From the NCBI GenBank assembly GCA_009103225.1, contig RHPI01002119.1, positions 248,001 to 312,000 on the forward strand: a DNA stretch of 64,000 nucleotides, written 5' to 3'. Below are positions 1 to 13,158 of the stretch, piece after piece. The notes beneath the pieces are model-generated. The model worked only from the letters and a program-made list of their open reading frames with translations, did not search any database and was not told the origin of the DNA. Position numbers and translations under genes: made by a program. Position 1 is the first letter of the stretch. Each line of letters begins with the position of its first letter. The stretch is from Chlorokybus atmophyticus. Lineage: Eukaryota > Plantae > Mesostigma and Chlorokybus algae.

Positions 1-68
1 ATACCACTCCCGATCTCAGTATCAACCAACCAGAAAGCCGCTGCTACGCTGGTAGGGGACAGAGGGAG

Positions 69-3020
69 TTGATGTGTGTGTGGTTCCATGCGCGCATACG
101 CACACATACACGTACACGCACGGGCACGCACTTACGCACACACCCACATGCGCAGGCTTTGAAAGCTCGTGCCGCCAGCCGTGTGACCCTGGTCACTCTC
201 GACCCGTTGGTTATCCCCGAAGCCGTTGCTTCCAGCACGCAACTCCCCCCCTCTTCACCCAAGACAGCCTCATGCATGTTCCCATCAGCACCATCACCCA
301 CCACAATCCCCGCATGCTCAAGCCTCTCTAACAACAACAACAACCCAACAAGTCCCAAGAGCAAAGCCGTCGCGGCCGCACGCGCAAGCGTGATAGCGAA
401 CACGCCTCCATCACCAACAACGAAGCCGTCACCCGCTGCGGGGGGGAGCTTTAAAGTGGGGGTGAGGTCCACATCACGGGCGTCGCTCTCATCACCCACT
501 TCTTCGAGTCCAACAACACAAATGGAAGTGTGCGAGGACCTGCTGCAGGAGTGGCTCGACGCTAATGTCGGACAGGGGGAGGACAACAACATTAACAATG
601 GGGAGGAAACCAGCAGCAGTAACATTAACGAAGGCTTGTTTCGCCAGGCTGACTTTAGACTTGGCACGGAGATCGGCAACGGACGCTTCTCCACAATATA
701 CAAAGTGAGTCTCTAGTGACAAACACAACTATTCGGATGCGCACATGCGCGCGCGCGCGCGCACACACACACACACACACATGCACAGGCAATGCACGTG
801 CCATCGGGGGCGTTGGTGGCCGTGAAGGTGTACAAGTTTGCTTGCATGGACGCGTTCGCGCGCAACCAGGCGGAGCGCGAGGCCCGCATCCACCTACAGA
901 TGCGTCCCTGCGCCAACATCACGCGCATGTACGGAACCTACCTCGCCAACTCGCCTCACAGTGAACAACATGACGACAAGGGATCAGCGGCAACTTCTGC
1001 GGCTGCTATCGCATCTTCATCCTCGTCGCTTTGCCTGGTGCAGGTACAAGGGGGGGGGAGGGGGGATGCGTGCGCGCGTGCGTGCATGTGTGTACGTGTG
1101 TATGCTCGTGCGCGTGTATCGGTACGTGTGCATGTGCATGTGCGTGCGTGCGTGCGTGCGTGCGTTGCGTGTGTTCACCAACTGCATGCGAATACTGCAC
1201 CAAGGAGTGCCCCACAGCAAGCCTCACTCACACACTCGCACTCACACACTCGCACTCAATCTCAAACTCCTCCTTCCCAGGAATTCTCCGAGGCCGGTGA
1301 CTTATTCGACGCCCTACGCCGCAAGGACGGCCTTCATTCCAACCACAACCACACCACCTCCACCGACTCCAAACTACTCGCCAAGTCCAGCAGCGTGAAG
1401 CTCGAGGGAGAGACAGGAGCAGGAGGAGGAGGAGGAGGAGGAGGGGGGCCGAGGCCGATGGAGGAGGGAGAAGCGGTCGTGAGAGTGGTGATACCGATGC
1501 TGCAGGCGCTGAGGTTCTTGCATGCAAGGGGGATCATACACAGGTGGGAGGGGGTGGGTGGGGGGGCTGTGGTGTGTGTATGATCCCCCTTGCATGCAAG
1601 AACCTCAGCGCCTGCAGCATCGGTATCACCACTCTCACGACCGCTTCTCCCTCCTCCATCGGCCTCGGCCCCCCTCCTCCTCCTCCTCCTCCTCCTGCTC
1701 CTGTCTCTCCCTCGAGCTTCACGCTGCTGGACTTGGCGAGTAGTTTGGAGTCGGTGGAGGTGGTGTGGTTGTGGTTGGAATGAAGGCCGTCCTTGCGGCG
1801 TAGGGCGTCGAATAAGTCACCGGCCTCGGAGAATTCCTGGGAAGGAGGAGTTTGAGATTGAGTGCGAGTGTGTGAGTGCGAGTGTGTGAGTGAGGCTTGC
1901 TGTGGGGCACTCCTTGGTGCAGNGGTCTGCAAGTTATGCGATTTTGGGTTTGCCATTGACGGGCAGGAAGAAAGACCGTAAGTAGCAGTGTTATACCTGT
2001 ACCATACCTGGACCGTTTTACCACTGTACACGTACTCGATTGCAATCCATTCTTACATTAGATCTCTTGTCGACAGGGCGACTCGCCTTGGCACAACGGA
2101 CTACATGGCGCCTGAGCTCGTTACATGCGACACATCACTCAAGTGGGTGAACACATGCACATCAGTTGCTCGTTGGCCAAGGTGGAAGCGCACTGCCACC
2201 TGTTACACACACGTCATATGGATTCGCAGGCAACAGGGCGCGTACGATGAGATGGTGGATGCGTGGGCGGTGGGCGTGCTCGCATATGAAGTGCTCGCCG
2301 GCAGGTGGGGTCAATCAGTGTTTCAGTTCCAAATCAACAAACTGTGACATTGGACTGAATCAACTTCAACACTCAATTAGACCGCCATTTGAAGGCAAGA
2401 CCCGCGACGACACGTATGAGAACATCTTGCGCGGGCAAGTTGCGTTGCCGGAGCACTTCACACCCGAGGCCAAGGACTTCTGCAGGTCACGCTCTAAAAC
2501 CTACGGTGCATGTTGGTCTCAATCAAGAATAAGGGGGTTACTGATACTCATGAATACTATGTGATTGCGTAGGCGCGCGCTTGAGAAGGACAAGGGCTTG
2601 CGGTTGAGCATCGCAGCCATGTTGGAACACCCGTGGGTCACAAACAACTTGAGGTGTGTTGCGGGGTTGCATAGCTGTTCGTTAAACTATATGCATGAAC
2701 CAACTCGCGGCGCGGAGGTCCCCGAGCTTTGTGTGTAAATGTATGCCTCATTTATCATTATCCACTCCATACAGGAAAGCCCAGTTGAGTCGAAGGCACG
2801 CGTCTCTTCCAGCCACCGGGAGCGCATCACTCGCATCAGCCGCCCAACAACACACACAAGCAGCGAAGCCTCAGCGCAAGCCGCAGCACCAAACCACGCT
2901 GGTCACATCTCCTTTCTCCGCGCCACAACGCAGCCCCATCAAGGCGTGAGGAGACGAGGTGAAGCTGTATGTTGTGGGAGTGAGACAGAGAGAGCTTTTG
3001 GACTCGGAGGAGTGAGTTGA
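69..3020 (+). CDS. Aurora-like Ser/Thr protein kinase, multi-exon, probably 5'-partial; catalytic-loop exon missing at an inverted duplication
   Basis: Spliced motifs: GNGRFSTIYK (Gly loop), VAVKVY, AEREARIH (alphaC), LHARGIIH, KLCDFGFAIDG (1924-1977), TRLGTTDYMAPEL, YDEMVDAWAVGVLAYE, RPPF, LSIAAMLEHPW. The HRD..KPEN exon is absent where 1575-1922 duplicates 1195-1542. Confidence 0.85.
1195..1922. repeat. Fold-back inverted duplication: 348-bp arms 1195-1542 and 1575-1922 with a 32-nt spacer
   Basis: The arms are reverse complements (mirror ORFs in the ORF track) and end at a single n at 1923. Confidence 0.9.
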
Positions 3021-3655
3021 GATGAGATGAGATGAGATGTCATCTGAACACCTTGGCAGAACCAGAAGGTATCTCACACACGAGTTTTGACCGTGTCAGA
3101 CTTAGTTGCTACATCATAGATGATACACATGTATAAGCGTGTGCTGCAGCGCGTGTCGTCCCAGTTGTAAGAAGTAGTAGTAAGCAGCGTCCGCCTGCTT
3201 GCTCATGCCAACTCTACTGTCACACACAAGCAGTACGCATGGAGTGCATGTGTTGCCGTACGTGACTCGCTGCAATCCAATACTTGTATGTAGTGACTTT
3301 TCAGTACTTTGTGGCTTGTGCTGCAGCACATCACATATTTGCACTTGTGAAACATCAGAAAGGGCCTGCAAGCGAAGGTCTAATCTCCTGATACAATGAT
3401 CAGGCAACTTTATGGATAAACCAACTGCAACTTGCCGTTTGAAAATGCCTTCCACAACATGCAAATAGCGGCACATGCTGGTCATACAACTAAACTATAC
3501 ACCAATAACTTACCAATGTTATCTTAATTCAAAACTAGGATACACAATGTATATACACCCATGTGGTCAGTCTATCAGTTTGCCTACGTAGTCTGCACAT
3601 CATTTCCAACCTCAATACCTTACTCAAATAAACAACAAAGCGCACGCACGGCACA

Positions 3656-5238
3656 TTATTGTTCTTGTTGTTGTCGCAACTGCTTCAGCATCAACAGCCG
3701 ACGTGTCCTCCCGATCCACTCTGTCGACCAGACGGGATCCGACGCAATAACTTTGAACCCCGCTCGCTCATAGAGCTGCTGTGCACCTGCACACACATCG
3801 TCAAGAAAAGCTCACATGTGGGGTTTTTGAGCCCAGCAAGGAGCAACAAACACAATTGAGAGCATGAGACTTACCATAGTTGTTTGCATAGACGTGCAAA
3901 GCAGCGTGTGTCAGACCCCACCTGCATTGCACACAGTATGAGCTTGGAGAAGTTCGCATGCTGTAGTCCAACCCATTATGCCATGCACACACACGCACGC
4001 GAAGCACACGCACCACCGCCTACCTCAACACGACGTCATCCATCCCTTGCAGCAACGCGTTGGCTATCCCGCATCGCCGCACACGTGCATCCACCGCCAT
4101 GGATGAAATATACGCGTAGTCCATGCGCGTACCGTCGCTGTCCAGCGGTAGCCACCGGCACACCTGACAAACAACAGCAACGACGATGGATGCTCGAGAC
4201 TGGTGCCGAGCACACGCATTCAACACTTTGACAACAGGACACACATGTTGCTCATGCAGCTTGCACGAGACAAGCATTGGCGTGCAAAAGCCCACGCAAC
4301 ACCACGCATACACATCAGCTGGACAGTAATGAATAAGCAACCACACAAGCTTGACTACCAAGAGAGCGTCTCACAAACTCAAGCGAACAATTGAGTACAG
4401 ACTGTGAGCAAAAACCACCACAACAACAAGTCTATGTCTTATTGTCGTTGTACCTCCGGGTCTCTTAGTATGCTCACGTCCCCCACTCCGACCGGCTCGT
4501 CGCTCTCCTCGTCCGCCGCCACAAGACACGCGTAACGCTCGGGCGGGGACTTCAACTTGGCTCGCAGAACGGCGAGAACCTCAGCCCGGAACAGCTTCGA
4601 CAACGCGGTGTCAAACAACTCGAAACCGCTTTTCTCATAGAATGCTTCGGCCTGTGCATGCAGATGACACCTGTTTGTTTCAGAAACACGCTCTCTCCGT
4701 GTACAAAGCAAGAACAAAACGAGCATGTGCAAAGTGAGTGCGAATGGGGAGTGAGTGCTGATGAGCTGTAACACATGTGCTTGCGTGTACAGTAAGTCTC
4801 TGTGCATGCAACACAAAAGCATGCACAGGAGCATGCATGCAGTGAGTGCAGATGAGAAGTGAGAATTTGGAAATGAGCTTTTACCTGTATGTCTGCGACA
4901 GCTGGGATTTCATCTATGCGTAGTTGGCGCACGCGCACGGCGTAGGGTATGGTCAGGCGGCCGCTGCTGATGCCGGGGGAGAAGGTGGACGATGATGACG
5001 ATGAGGAGGAGGAGGAGGGGGAGGAAGAGGGGGAGGAGGCGCAGCAGGAGGTGGAAGGTGAGAAGGGAGTAGTAGCACTGGACGATAGTTGCGGCAGACT
5101 TCTATGCTTGGATCTAGAATAATTGTGCAAAGCTCTTCTTGTGGGCAGCACAAGCGGTAGTTGCGCACCAAACCCTAAGCTTGCAGCTGCTGACTGCATG
5201 GTCCTGCTGGTGGGAGGGTGGGCCACCGCCAGCGCCAT
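3656..5238 (-). CDS. Plastid-targeted GNAT N-acetyltransferase (GNAT4/At2g39000-like), multi-exon; start codon uncertain
   Basis: Ser-rich transit-peptide-like N-terminus; YISSMAVDARVRRCGIANALL (acetyl-CoA motif A); ALHVYANN; LYERAGF; C-terminal DPVWSTEWIGRTRRLLMLK. Stop at 3656-3658. Confidence 0.8.
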
Positions 5239-5447
5239 GACCGCCGCCGCCGTCGCCGCCGCTGTAACAACCCTCTGCCCGGACGGCACAGCGAGCGACA
5301 GCCCTGCTACGGCTCCTGCTACGGCTCCACCTTGTCCTACAGCTCCCCCTCCCCTCCTCGCCCACGTCTCCGCCGCCGCCGCCGCCGCCACCGCTGCCAT
5401 GCCAATAATGACGGACGGCGCCATTATCCTGCTCCTCCTCGTCCAGC

Positions 5448-6958
5448 ATGGCGGCGGCGGTGACGGCGTCGGTGTCGTTAGCTTGGGCGGTCAGCTCCAA
5501 CTCCGCCGTGAGGCTGCCGTCCCCAGCAAGCCCTTCTACCTCCTGCTCCTCCTCTTCCTCCTTCTCCTCCTCCGACCCAGCCGTGCTGGCCTGCTCCGCC
5601 GGGCGCAGGCCAGCCCTGGCCGCCCTGCGAGCTACGAGCATAAGGCGGCGGCAGAGGCGAGCTGCTGCTGCTGCTGCTGCTGCTGGCCGTGTGGTCGTCG
5701 CCCTGACGGAGGTGGAGGAGGAGGTGGAGCTCGTCAAGGAGGATGCCAAGGTGCGATCTCTTGTTCTCTTTTTTTTGAGTTTTCTTTGTTTTTTTTTTGG
5801 TTGTCCCTAGCTCAGCTCATGCATGGGCGTTGTTGTAATTGTTCTGTGCTGTTCAGTTTATGGTTGTGGCGCAATGTTAACTACCAACTTTTGTGTGTGC
5901 ATGCGTACACGTGTGTGTGTGCGCGTGGGCACTTGTGTGTATGTGTGCATGTGAGGAGCTTGTGTATGTGACTGCAAGCAAAAATGTGCAGGAGAGGATG
6001 GAGAAGACGTTGGACTCGGTGAAGTCCAATTTTGCAACGATTCGGACGGGCCGCGCGAGTAATGCCCTGCTCGACCGCATTGAAGTTGTGTATTACGGCG
6101 CACCCACCAACATCCGCGCCCTTGCACAGGCAACTTGTTATACTGCCTGCCTGTTTGTTTGAATGTGCACTCGGGTGTGCATGTACGTGATCGCGTGCAC
6201 GTGTGCACATGCGCGTGCGTGCGTGTGCATGTGCAATCTGACGCGTACTGTGTAGGTTTCGACCCCGGATTCAACAACGATTATGGTACAGCCGTACGAC
6301 AAGGGGACGCTTCGCGACATCGAGCGTGCGTTGCTCGAGTCGGACTTGGGCCTGACCCCGAGCAACGACGGCAACGTCATCCGCCTCATCATCCCGCCCC
6401 TCACGCAGGAGCGACGCAAGGAGCTCACCAAGCTCGTCGCCAAGCTTGCTGAAGAGGGTAAAGTGTCCCTGCGCAACGTACGCAGGGACGCACTCAAGTC
6501 ACTCACCGCTCTGGAGAAGGTGAGTGAGTGAGTAGGCAAGATTGCACATCGAGATGGCATTGGAGCGCTCAGCATGCGTGTGATGTGCATCATGCCAACC
6601 CTTACCTCAAACAACAACAACAACAGGATGGCAACTTGTCCAAAGACAACCTGCGAGACCTGTCGGATGAGATACAGGTACGAAGGCCTTGTTTGGAGTC
6701 CATCTTAACATTTCTTGCGGGCAGTCAACGGTGACACACGGCAATTGGACGGACATTCATTGATATTGTCGTGCTTGGCAGAAATTGACGGATGACTTTG
6801 TTGCAAAAGTTGATGAGCTGCAGAAGGTTAAAGACAAGGTATGGGTTGCTGCACATCGGCATCATGGCAACTGCTCACACGCCTGCACGCGCTTTGTGTT
6901 GTTCTGGATGAAGATAGCTAGACAGTTCCAATTGCTGCAGGATATCATGTCAGTTTGA
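5448..6958 (+). CDS. RRF: Chloroplast ribosome recycling factor, 6 exons
   Basis: Transit peptide, then [84 protein letters not shown]. Stop TGA at 6956-6958. Confidence 0.95.
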
Positions 6959-7479
6959 AGCCACAGATTGAGTTGCTTGGGCGCTGTTGCGGCGTCTTCA
7001 CTTCACCGAGGAGCGGTTGCACAAAACAAAGCGAGAGTTCAGCTTGGATAATGTCAGCAGTGCTTTGCTTGACTTAGATACATACCTAGTGAAAGTGCGA
7101 CAAGTGCAATGGGCAGAGGCGCAATCCTATGTGTCGGTAACTTGGAAGAAAAGCTAGCACATAAGGGCGGTTGACGCTGTCTGCATTGCAGTGATGTTTT
7201 TGAGCAGGTAATGGCTACTGTGTGGTTGTCGATCTTTCAAACAGCACTTAAACATCAGTGCGCTGTGTTACTTGGCTGGGAATTGCCCTGTGCCACAGTG
7301 CGCAAGACCTTGCGGTTTATGGCATGATTCATGGATGCTTTCCAATTGTTATAAGCATGCTATTTGCCAAAGCAGACACAGTGCATGGAACGAGCAGGAC
7401 AAGCAACCTGCATGTGCCTATGGCATGACTCTGCGCGTGCAACAAGCTTCACAATTTCGCAGAAGATCACATGGCAAGC

Positions 7480-8008
7480 AATAACCACGATGTTGCCAGA
7501 CATCAACAGCTCATCCATGCTCCTACGTGAGCAAACTGGCTTCATGCCGATACGCCCCGGCGAGACACGTGGACGGCGCGTGGACTTGGTGGTTCCAAGC
7601 CATCGCTGGCTTTTGGACGTCACGGTCACCGCGTGTGGGGTGACGGCAGGTGCGGGAGCGCGTGATGCGGAGAATGCCAAGCGGCGCAAGTACCAGGACC
7701 ACCCGCCGGCGGACAAGTTTCATCCCCTAGCCATCGAGACCAATGGCACGGTGGGGGCGGCTTTCGCCGAAGTGCTGAAGACATGTGCCAGGCAGGGGGT
7801 GTACACCAGGGGGCTGCCGCTGCAGCGCCTTAGCGGCTATGTGGCGTTGTTTCGGCAGCGCGTGGCGGTGGCGCTGCAACAAGCGCAGACCCTGGCGCTG
7901 CTAGAGCGTGGGGCGGCGGCGGTGGCGGCGGTACCAGGCTGGGCGGCGCTACGTACGGGTGCATTGACGTCCGAGGCGGATGTCGTCTTGGCGGCGTCCG
8001 GAGGCTAG
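7480..8008 (+). mobile_element. 5'-truncated non-LTR retrotransposon fragment with a restriction-like endonuclease (RLE) C-terminal domain
   Basis: Intronless GC-rich frame: RRVDLVV..WLLDVTVT..AENAKRRKY..FHPLAIETNGTVG..FRQRVAVALQQAQ. This is the typical C-terminus of RLE-clade (CRE/R2-like) LINEs. No RT domain seen upstream. Confidence 0.7.
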
Positions 8009-8517
8009 TGCTAGAGTCATACTGCTTGCTTGTGCAATAGCCGGTAGCCGTTGGTTGTTTGTGGAGTTGTGCTAGGTATGGTCAGCTGATACGGAACTGG
8101 TTGCATATGTATCCGAATACTGCTGGTGTCTCAAGTAGATCGCAAGGAGTCGCTGTCAATGCACTTCAAAGGCACGTGCAACGTCATCATGCAAAACATG
8201 CACAGAATGATCTTGCAAGTACTTGAGGCAGTTTGCTGAGATGAAGCCATTGGTGTGGCATGCTGCAAGTGATGTTTCACATGCTATAGCAACATGCACT
8301 TGCTTTGGGTCATACCACTTGATGGCACAGACGTGAACAGTAAGTGCACCCGAGTACAAGCACTTGGAGACACTCTTGGCATTGTCAGACCTTTCTGACA
8401 TCACATACATTGCTGGCGCCTATAGTATAGGCCTACATAATATACAACGCTATGCTCAAAAATAGCGCAGACCGCTACGCATTTCAACCAACGTATCGCA
8501 ACTCGAATAGAGCATAC

Positions 8518-9649
8518 CTAGCTGAGGTGCTGGTCCCTGCGCAGCTCTTCCAGCAATGCCTTGCGTGCATGCAGCTCCTCCGACAAGCTTGCGTACTCGT
8601 GTGCAAGAGCGTCGAAGTCCTCATGGATCCCATCATACGCTGCGACAGCAGCGCGCGCCTTGTCCAGCGCATGTTGAGCAGTGACCTGCATTGTGTTTGT
8701 GGCATTTTACATAGAAGTGATAACTATGATAATCTAACTTGTCCATACCAGTGAATGCCGGAGTATCTTGCGAGCCTTTCGCAGGGCAGACAGTGTATCC
8801 GCATCAGCGTACGTGTCCTGAAGCACCTGCGCCTCCATGGCTTCCATCTTGCTCAGCAGCGTCCTGATATAGCACACCAACCACTCCACCCGCGCCTCCG
8901 CATACTCGCCAGCAACACCAGCCTATTGTACCACAATTGCAAACCATCAGCTCTCCTCATTATTAACCCAACCGGTTGCAGCTGTGTTAGCTTCAATTAG
9001 ATAAACAATATCGGATAACAGCTGCCAGTATACGCACAGCAGAGTGTGCAGTGTATTCAAACACGCCTTGCTAAAGAACATATATGACATATATTCGTGA
9101 CTGCTCAGCATCTGGTTACCAAGTGATTGAGCGTCTGACCTTGGCTTTGACAGCGGACACGAGGGCGGCCTCCAAGCGCTCCCAGGCCGCTTTGCGCTCG
9201 GCCCAGTGGCGAGCTGATAAGTCCCAGTCGAAAGCCCCCTGATTGAGCCAGCTGAGCCGCTCCTCCGCCGCCACGACGGACCGCACCGCCGCCGCCAGCT
9301 CTGTGGGGGTCTCTGCGCCCCAGAAGTTGGCCAGCTGCTGCGCCTGCTGCACGACGCCCTCCTCCACCCTCTTCACCAGCTCCGAGTCGGCATTGGAGGG
9401 GGAATGGACGTTTGTGTGCACCCCGACGTCGCTGTCCAGCACGGAAGCGGCGGCGGTGACGGCGGCAGGGGGAACCCTCAGCCCAGCGTGCTGCACAAGC
9501 AGCCCCTGCAGCAGCGCTCTGCGCCGGTCGGCACTCAGCCTGCTCCGAGCCGCCTCCAACGCCTCGGCCACACCAGGCAACGGCAAACCTCTCCCTCTCG
9601 CCCTCGCTAACACCTTCTCCACCTCCTCCACCGCCGCCGCCGCCTGCAT
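8518..9649 (-). CDS. HAUS4: Augmin/HAUS complex subunit 4 (AUG4), about 4 exons
   Basis: Spliced C-terminus EYAEARVEWLVCYIRTLLSKMEAMEAQVLQDTYADADTLSALRKARKILRHSL / ALDKARAAVAAYDGIHEDFDALAHEYASLSEELHARKALLEEL* resembles the HAUS4/AUG4 pattern (L.DTY....AL..IR..L..A..Y....FD.L..EY..L). Recognised from memory, not by search. Confidence 0.7.
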
Positions 9650-9872
9650 GGGACAATCCTTCCCGCCAAATTTGTTCAAACGCTTTGAAACCCTACGCTG
9701 CTGAAACATGAGCGATTTGATCTGGTTTATAATAATTCTAAGCTGTGATCCCAATCATTGGATCCTGCCATCCAGATTAGGACAAATCAATGCATAGCAC
9801 TGAGACGTATGCTTGTCGCTGGTGTTGTGCTTGCGCAGGGTGTCCTCCTGGTGGTCCGCCTTCAAGGCGGCC

Positions 9873-12130
9873 ATGGGCGCCGCCACAGAGCTGCATGTCT
9901 GGGGTGACGAGGTGGTGGATCCTGCTGCTGCGGAGGCGGACCCTTACGTGCAGCCGAGCTCCGTCGCTTGCGGGTGAGCCTCGTGGTGCTGCCAAATCAG
10001 GCTAATTGAAGCTGTAAGGCGTGATGGGCTGATGTGATGTGTCACCTGCAGGTGGTCGCACGTGGCTGTGGTGGTGCGCGGGCGAGTTCTGTGCTGGGGT
10101 GCCAATGACTGGGGCCAGCTCGGCGATGGCAGCGAAAATGCGGCAACCCGCAGCGAGCCTGCTCGACCGAAGCACTTCGGCAAAGCTGTGCAGGTGCCAT
10201 GCTTTGGTCCCTTGGTCCCTAATGATGCAAATTGTGCAGGACTTGATGCTTCCGCATGGCCCCACTGGCTACCATGTGGGAACAGCCAGTTTTCCCCAAA
10301 GATGTGCATGTGGGAACATGCACTGAACGGTGCATGCAACATGCTGCCACCGCTTTGGTAACCAAAGTGACTTATATGCCAGGTTGCGGCCGGATCACAC
10401 TTCACTGCTGCCATTACTGATGCTGGCGAGCTGTGGGCATGGGGTCGCTACCAGGGTGCAAATGCGCCCAGGCGTGTTCCAAGGGCGTTCCACGGGACGT
10501 CACCTGTGCTGCAGGTTTGACGATGTTTGTGTGATCAGGCCCAAACAAACTCAGCGTACGTGTGCGATGGACCAAACTTTTTTATTGCATGATAGGTTGC
10601 TTGCGGTGCGCACCATGCTGCTGCAGTGTCTGCTGATGGTCAGTTACAGACATGGGGTTACAACACACGTGGTCAGCTAGGGCGTGGCACTCGGTATGTG
10701 CAAGTCCTTTACCCCTTCTCACTGCTAGCAAGGTGCTGAAGGGCCTGGGCCACTGACCCTTTCAGCTTGTTTGTAGCTCTGATGGGCAGCAGGTTCCCAG
10801 AAGAGTGGAGCACTTCGTTCGCGATCCCTACTATGACGATATGGAACGACCACTGATAACCGTTGTGGCTTGCGGTCAATACCACACGGCATGCGTGTCT
10901 GCAGGTATGCACACTTAGTGTTATGGCTGACATATGCCACTTGCTGCCCATCAAGCATGCCCAAGAACAGCATGATGATGACAGTTGGAGAAGTGTTCAC
11001 CTGGGGTGAAGGTTCCCAAGGCCAGCTCGGCCACCTGACTCTGTCAAGTTCTGACTGGCCGCGCCGCATATCAACACTTGTCGGAACTCCATTGAAGACA
11101 GTTTCTTGCGGTCAGGTACAGTATGCTGCTCAGCAAGTTGAATAAATGAAAAGCATGCCGGGTCCAAGCAGCAACATCTTGTCCATGGGACAGGCGCACA
11201 CTGCGGGAGTGACGGTCGAGGGGGCGCTCTACATGTGGGGCAGCAATGCCACCGGCGAGCTTGGCGTGGGGCCGCCTGCAGGCGAAGCTCTGTTACGTGG
11301 CATCGGCATGAGCACATCAGCTGGTGCACTTGTCCCCCTCCAATGCGCTCCCCTTATGCTGGTCCCTCGCAATGTGACCTCTGTCGCCTGCGGTCAGGTG
11401 AGCACAGATGCTCATGCAACGCTGTCGTCACAAGCAGGTGTGAGCTGATTACTAATGTGTATCATGCAACAGTGCCACACGGTGGCGTCCCTGTCCGATG
11501 GCTCTCTGCTTGGCTGGGGTTACAATGCGTACGGGCAGATTGCCGGGGGCCACGCTGATGCGAATGTCATCTGGCACCCGCAACGCCTTATGTGGCCGGT
11601 CGCAGGCAGCGTGGATTGCTTGTCGGCTGGCGGGGCACGTACAGCGCTGCTCGCCAGAATTGCAGACCTCAAAACCCTGTGTCAGCGGGTTCTTGCTTTG
11701 AAGTAAGCCACAGAGACCGCTGTGTGTTTTTTCCATTTGAACACCTCTGACTGTGCTGTTATGTACTTGCAGCTTAACAAGCGAGAACGCGCACAAGGTT
11801 GCTCAGGTTGCAACTAGCTGCGATGCAGACGCACTCTACCACTGCGCCAGGTATTGTGACAATAATTGATGTTATTGATGTCAATGTGTACTAGGTGCAT
11901 GCTGCGGTTGCTTGTTGACACGTCTGTGCCAGTGGTGTGTAAGTAACTTACTCTGCTTTCTCGTTTGCAGAGCCTTGATTGAGGGCAAGTGGCGCCCAAG
12001 CATTGAACACGCGCTGGGTAGCAGTCAGACACAGAAACAGCCACAGCGCTGGGACAGTGCGGGCGTTACAGGTTTGGCTGATCATTCAGCTGTCACGTCC
12101 ATGCGGCCGCACTGCCCACGTCGTCCATGA
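9873..12130 (+). CDS. RCC1-repeat (beta-propeller) protein, multi-exon
   Basis: Repeated units: SVACGWSH..VLCWGANDWGQLG, VAAGSHF..LWAWGRY, VFTWGEGSQGQLG, VSCGQAHT..LYMWGSNATGELG, VACGQCHT..LLGWGYNAYGQI. Confidence 0.85.
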
Positions 12131-13158
12131 TTGTCTTTGATCAAGCTGTAGAGTCCGCAATGATGTTTATTGGTGCTGCATTGGCGTGTACAGGAGCCAA
12201 TAGCAGGTTGTTGGATAGATGTCGACATTCTTGCTGAGGGTTAGCTTACAAAGTAGTACTGGCTGCCCGATAGGCTATCAACCATAGCCTCTTGTAGATG
12301 GTATATTACATACAGCCGCTTGCACACTGTGCTGCTGTAGTGCAATTGCCGTTCTGTAAAGCCTTGTGCATGCGTTATGTCAAGCGCAATTGAGTAGTGC
12401 AGCCAGACTAGGTTGCAAACAAACGAAGGTGCCCATCTGCGTTATGCCCGCGACAGAGTATACGGTGCCAGAGTGCATGCAGACGGACAGCATGTGATGC
12501 AGGTTGTATGTACAGGATATGCGTGTGGTAGTTGTGCTTAGCGCACAAGCGTAGGCGAGTGTCAGTGTGGACGCTCATGGCATAGTAAACGACACAGCAG
12601 CGAACTGTGCTGCTGCTGTATTGACATGAACGCATATATGTATGCGCAATGGCATGTCGCATTGTATGTACAACATAGAAAGCCATGACATAGCATGCGT
12701 ACAGACTCACAACACCTTCCCTCCACACAAAGAGGGGGCACGCTCTAAATCTCCGCAAGCAGGAGTGCAACTCAGCATAAGCTTGGTGCTTGTGTACTGC
12801 TGTCCACAGCAACACTTCCAAGTATACAATCATAATTGGTCATGGCAAGGGCCCCATGTAGCAAAGACTCGGTTGCCAGTCATGCGTGCACCAAGTATTG
12901 GCAGTGTGCACGCTTTGCAGATGTGGCTCATCAATGTACCATACATTGCAGAGTCCAAATGTGTATGTAATTACTGTCTAAAGCGTCCAAAGCGATGTCG
13001 ATCACCCAAGCATGTAGCAATGGCTATGCTCATGGAATCCTCTACTCTATGCACATATGTATATAAGGGGTATAGTACTATGTGCATCGGTGTACATGAT
13101 TGGATTGCACAACAAGTCGGCAATGATGATTGCATGAGGTGGAGCAATGCTTGAAGTT

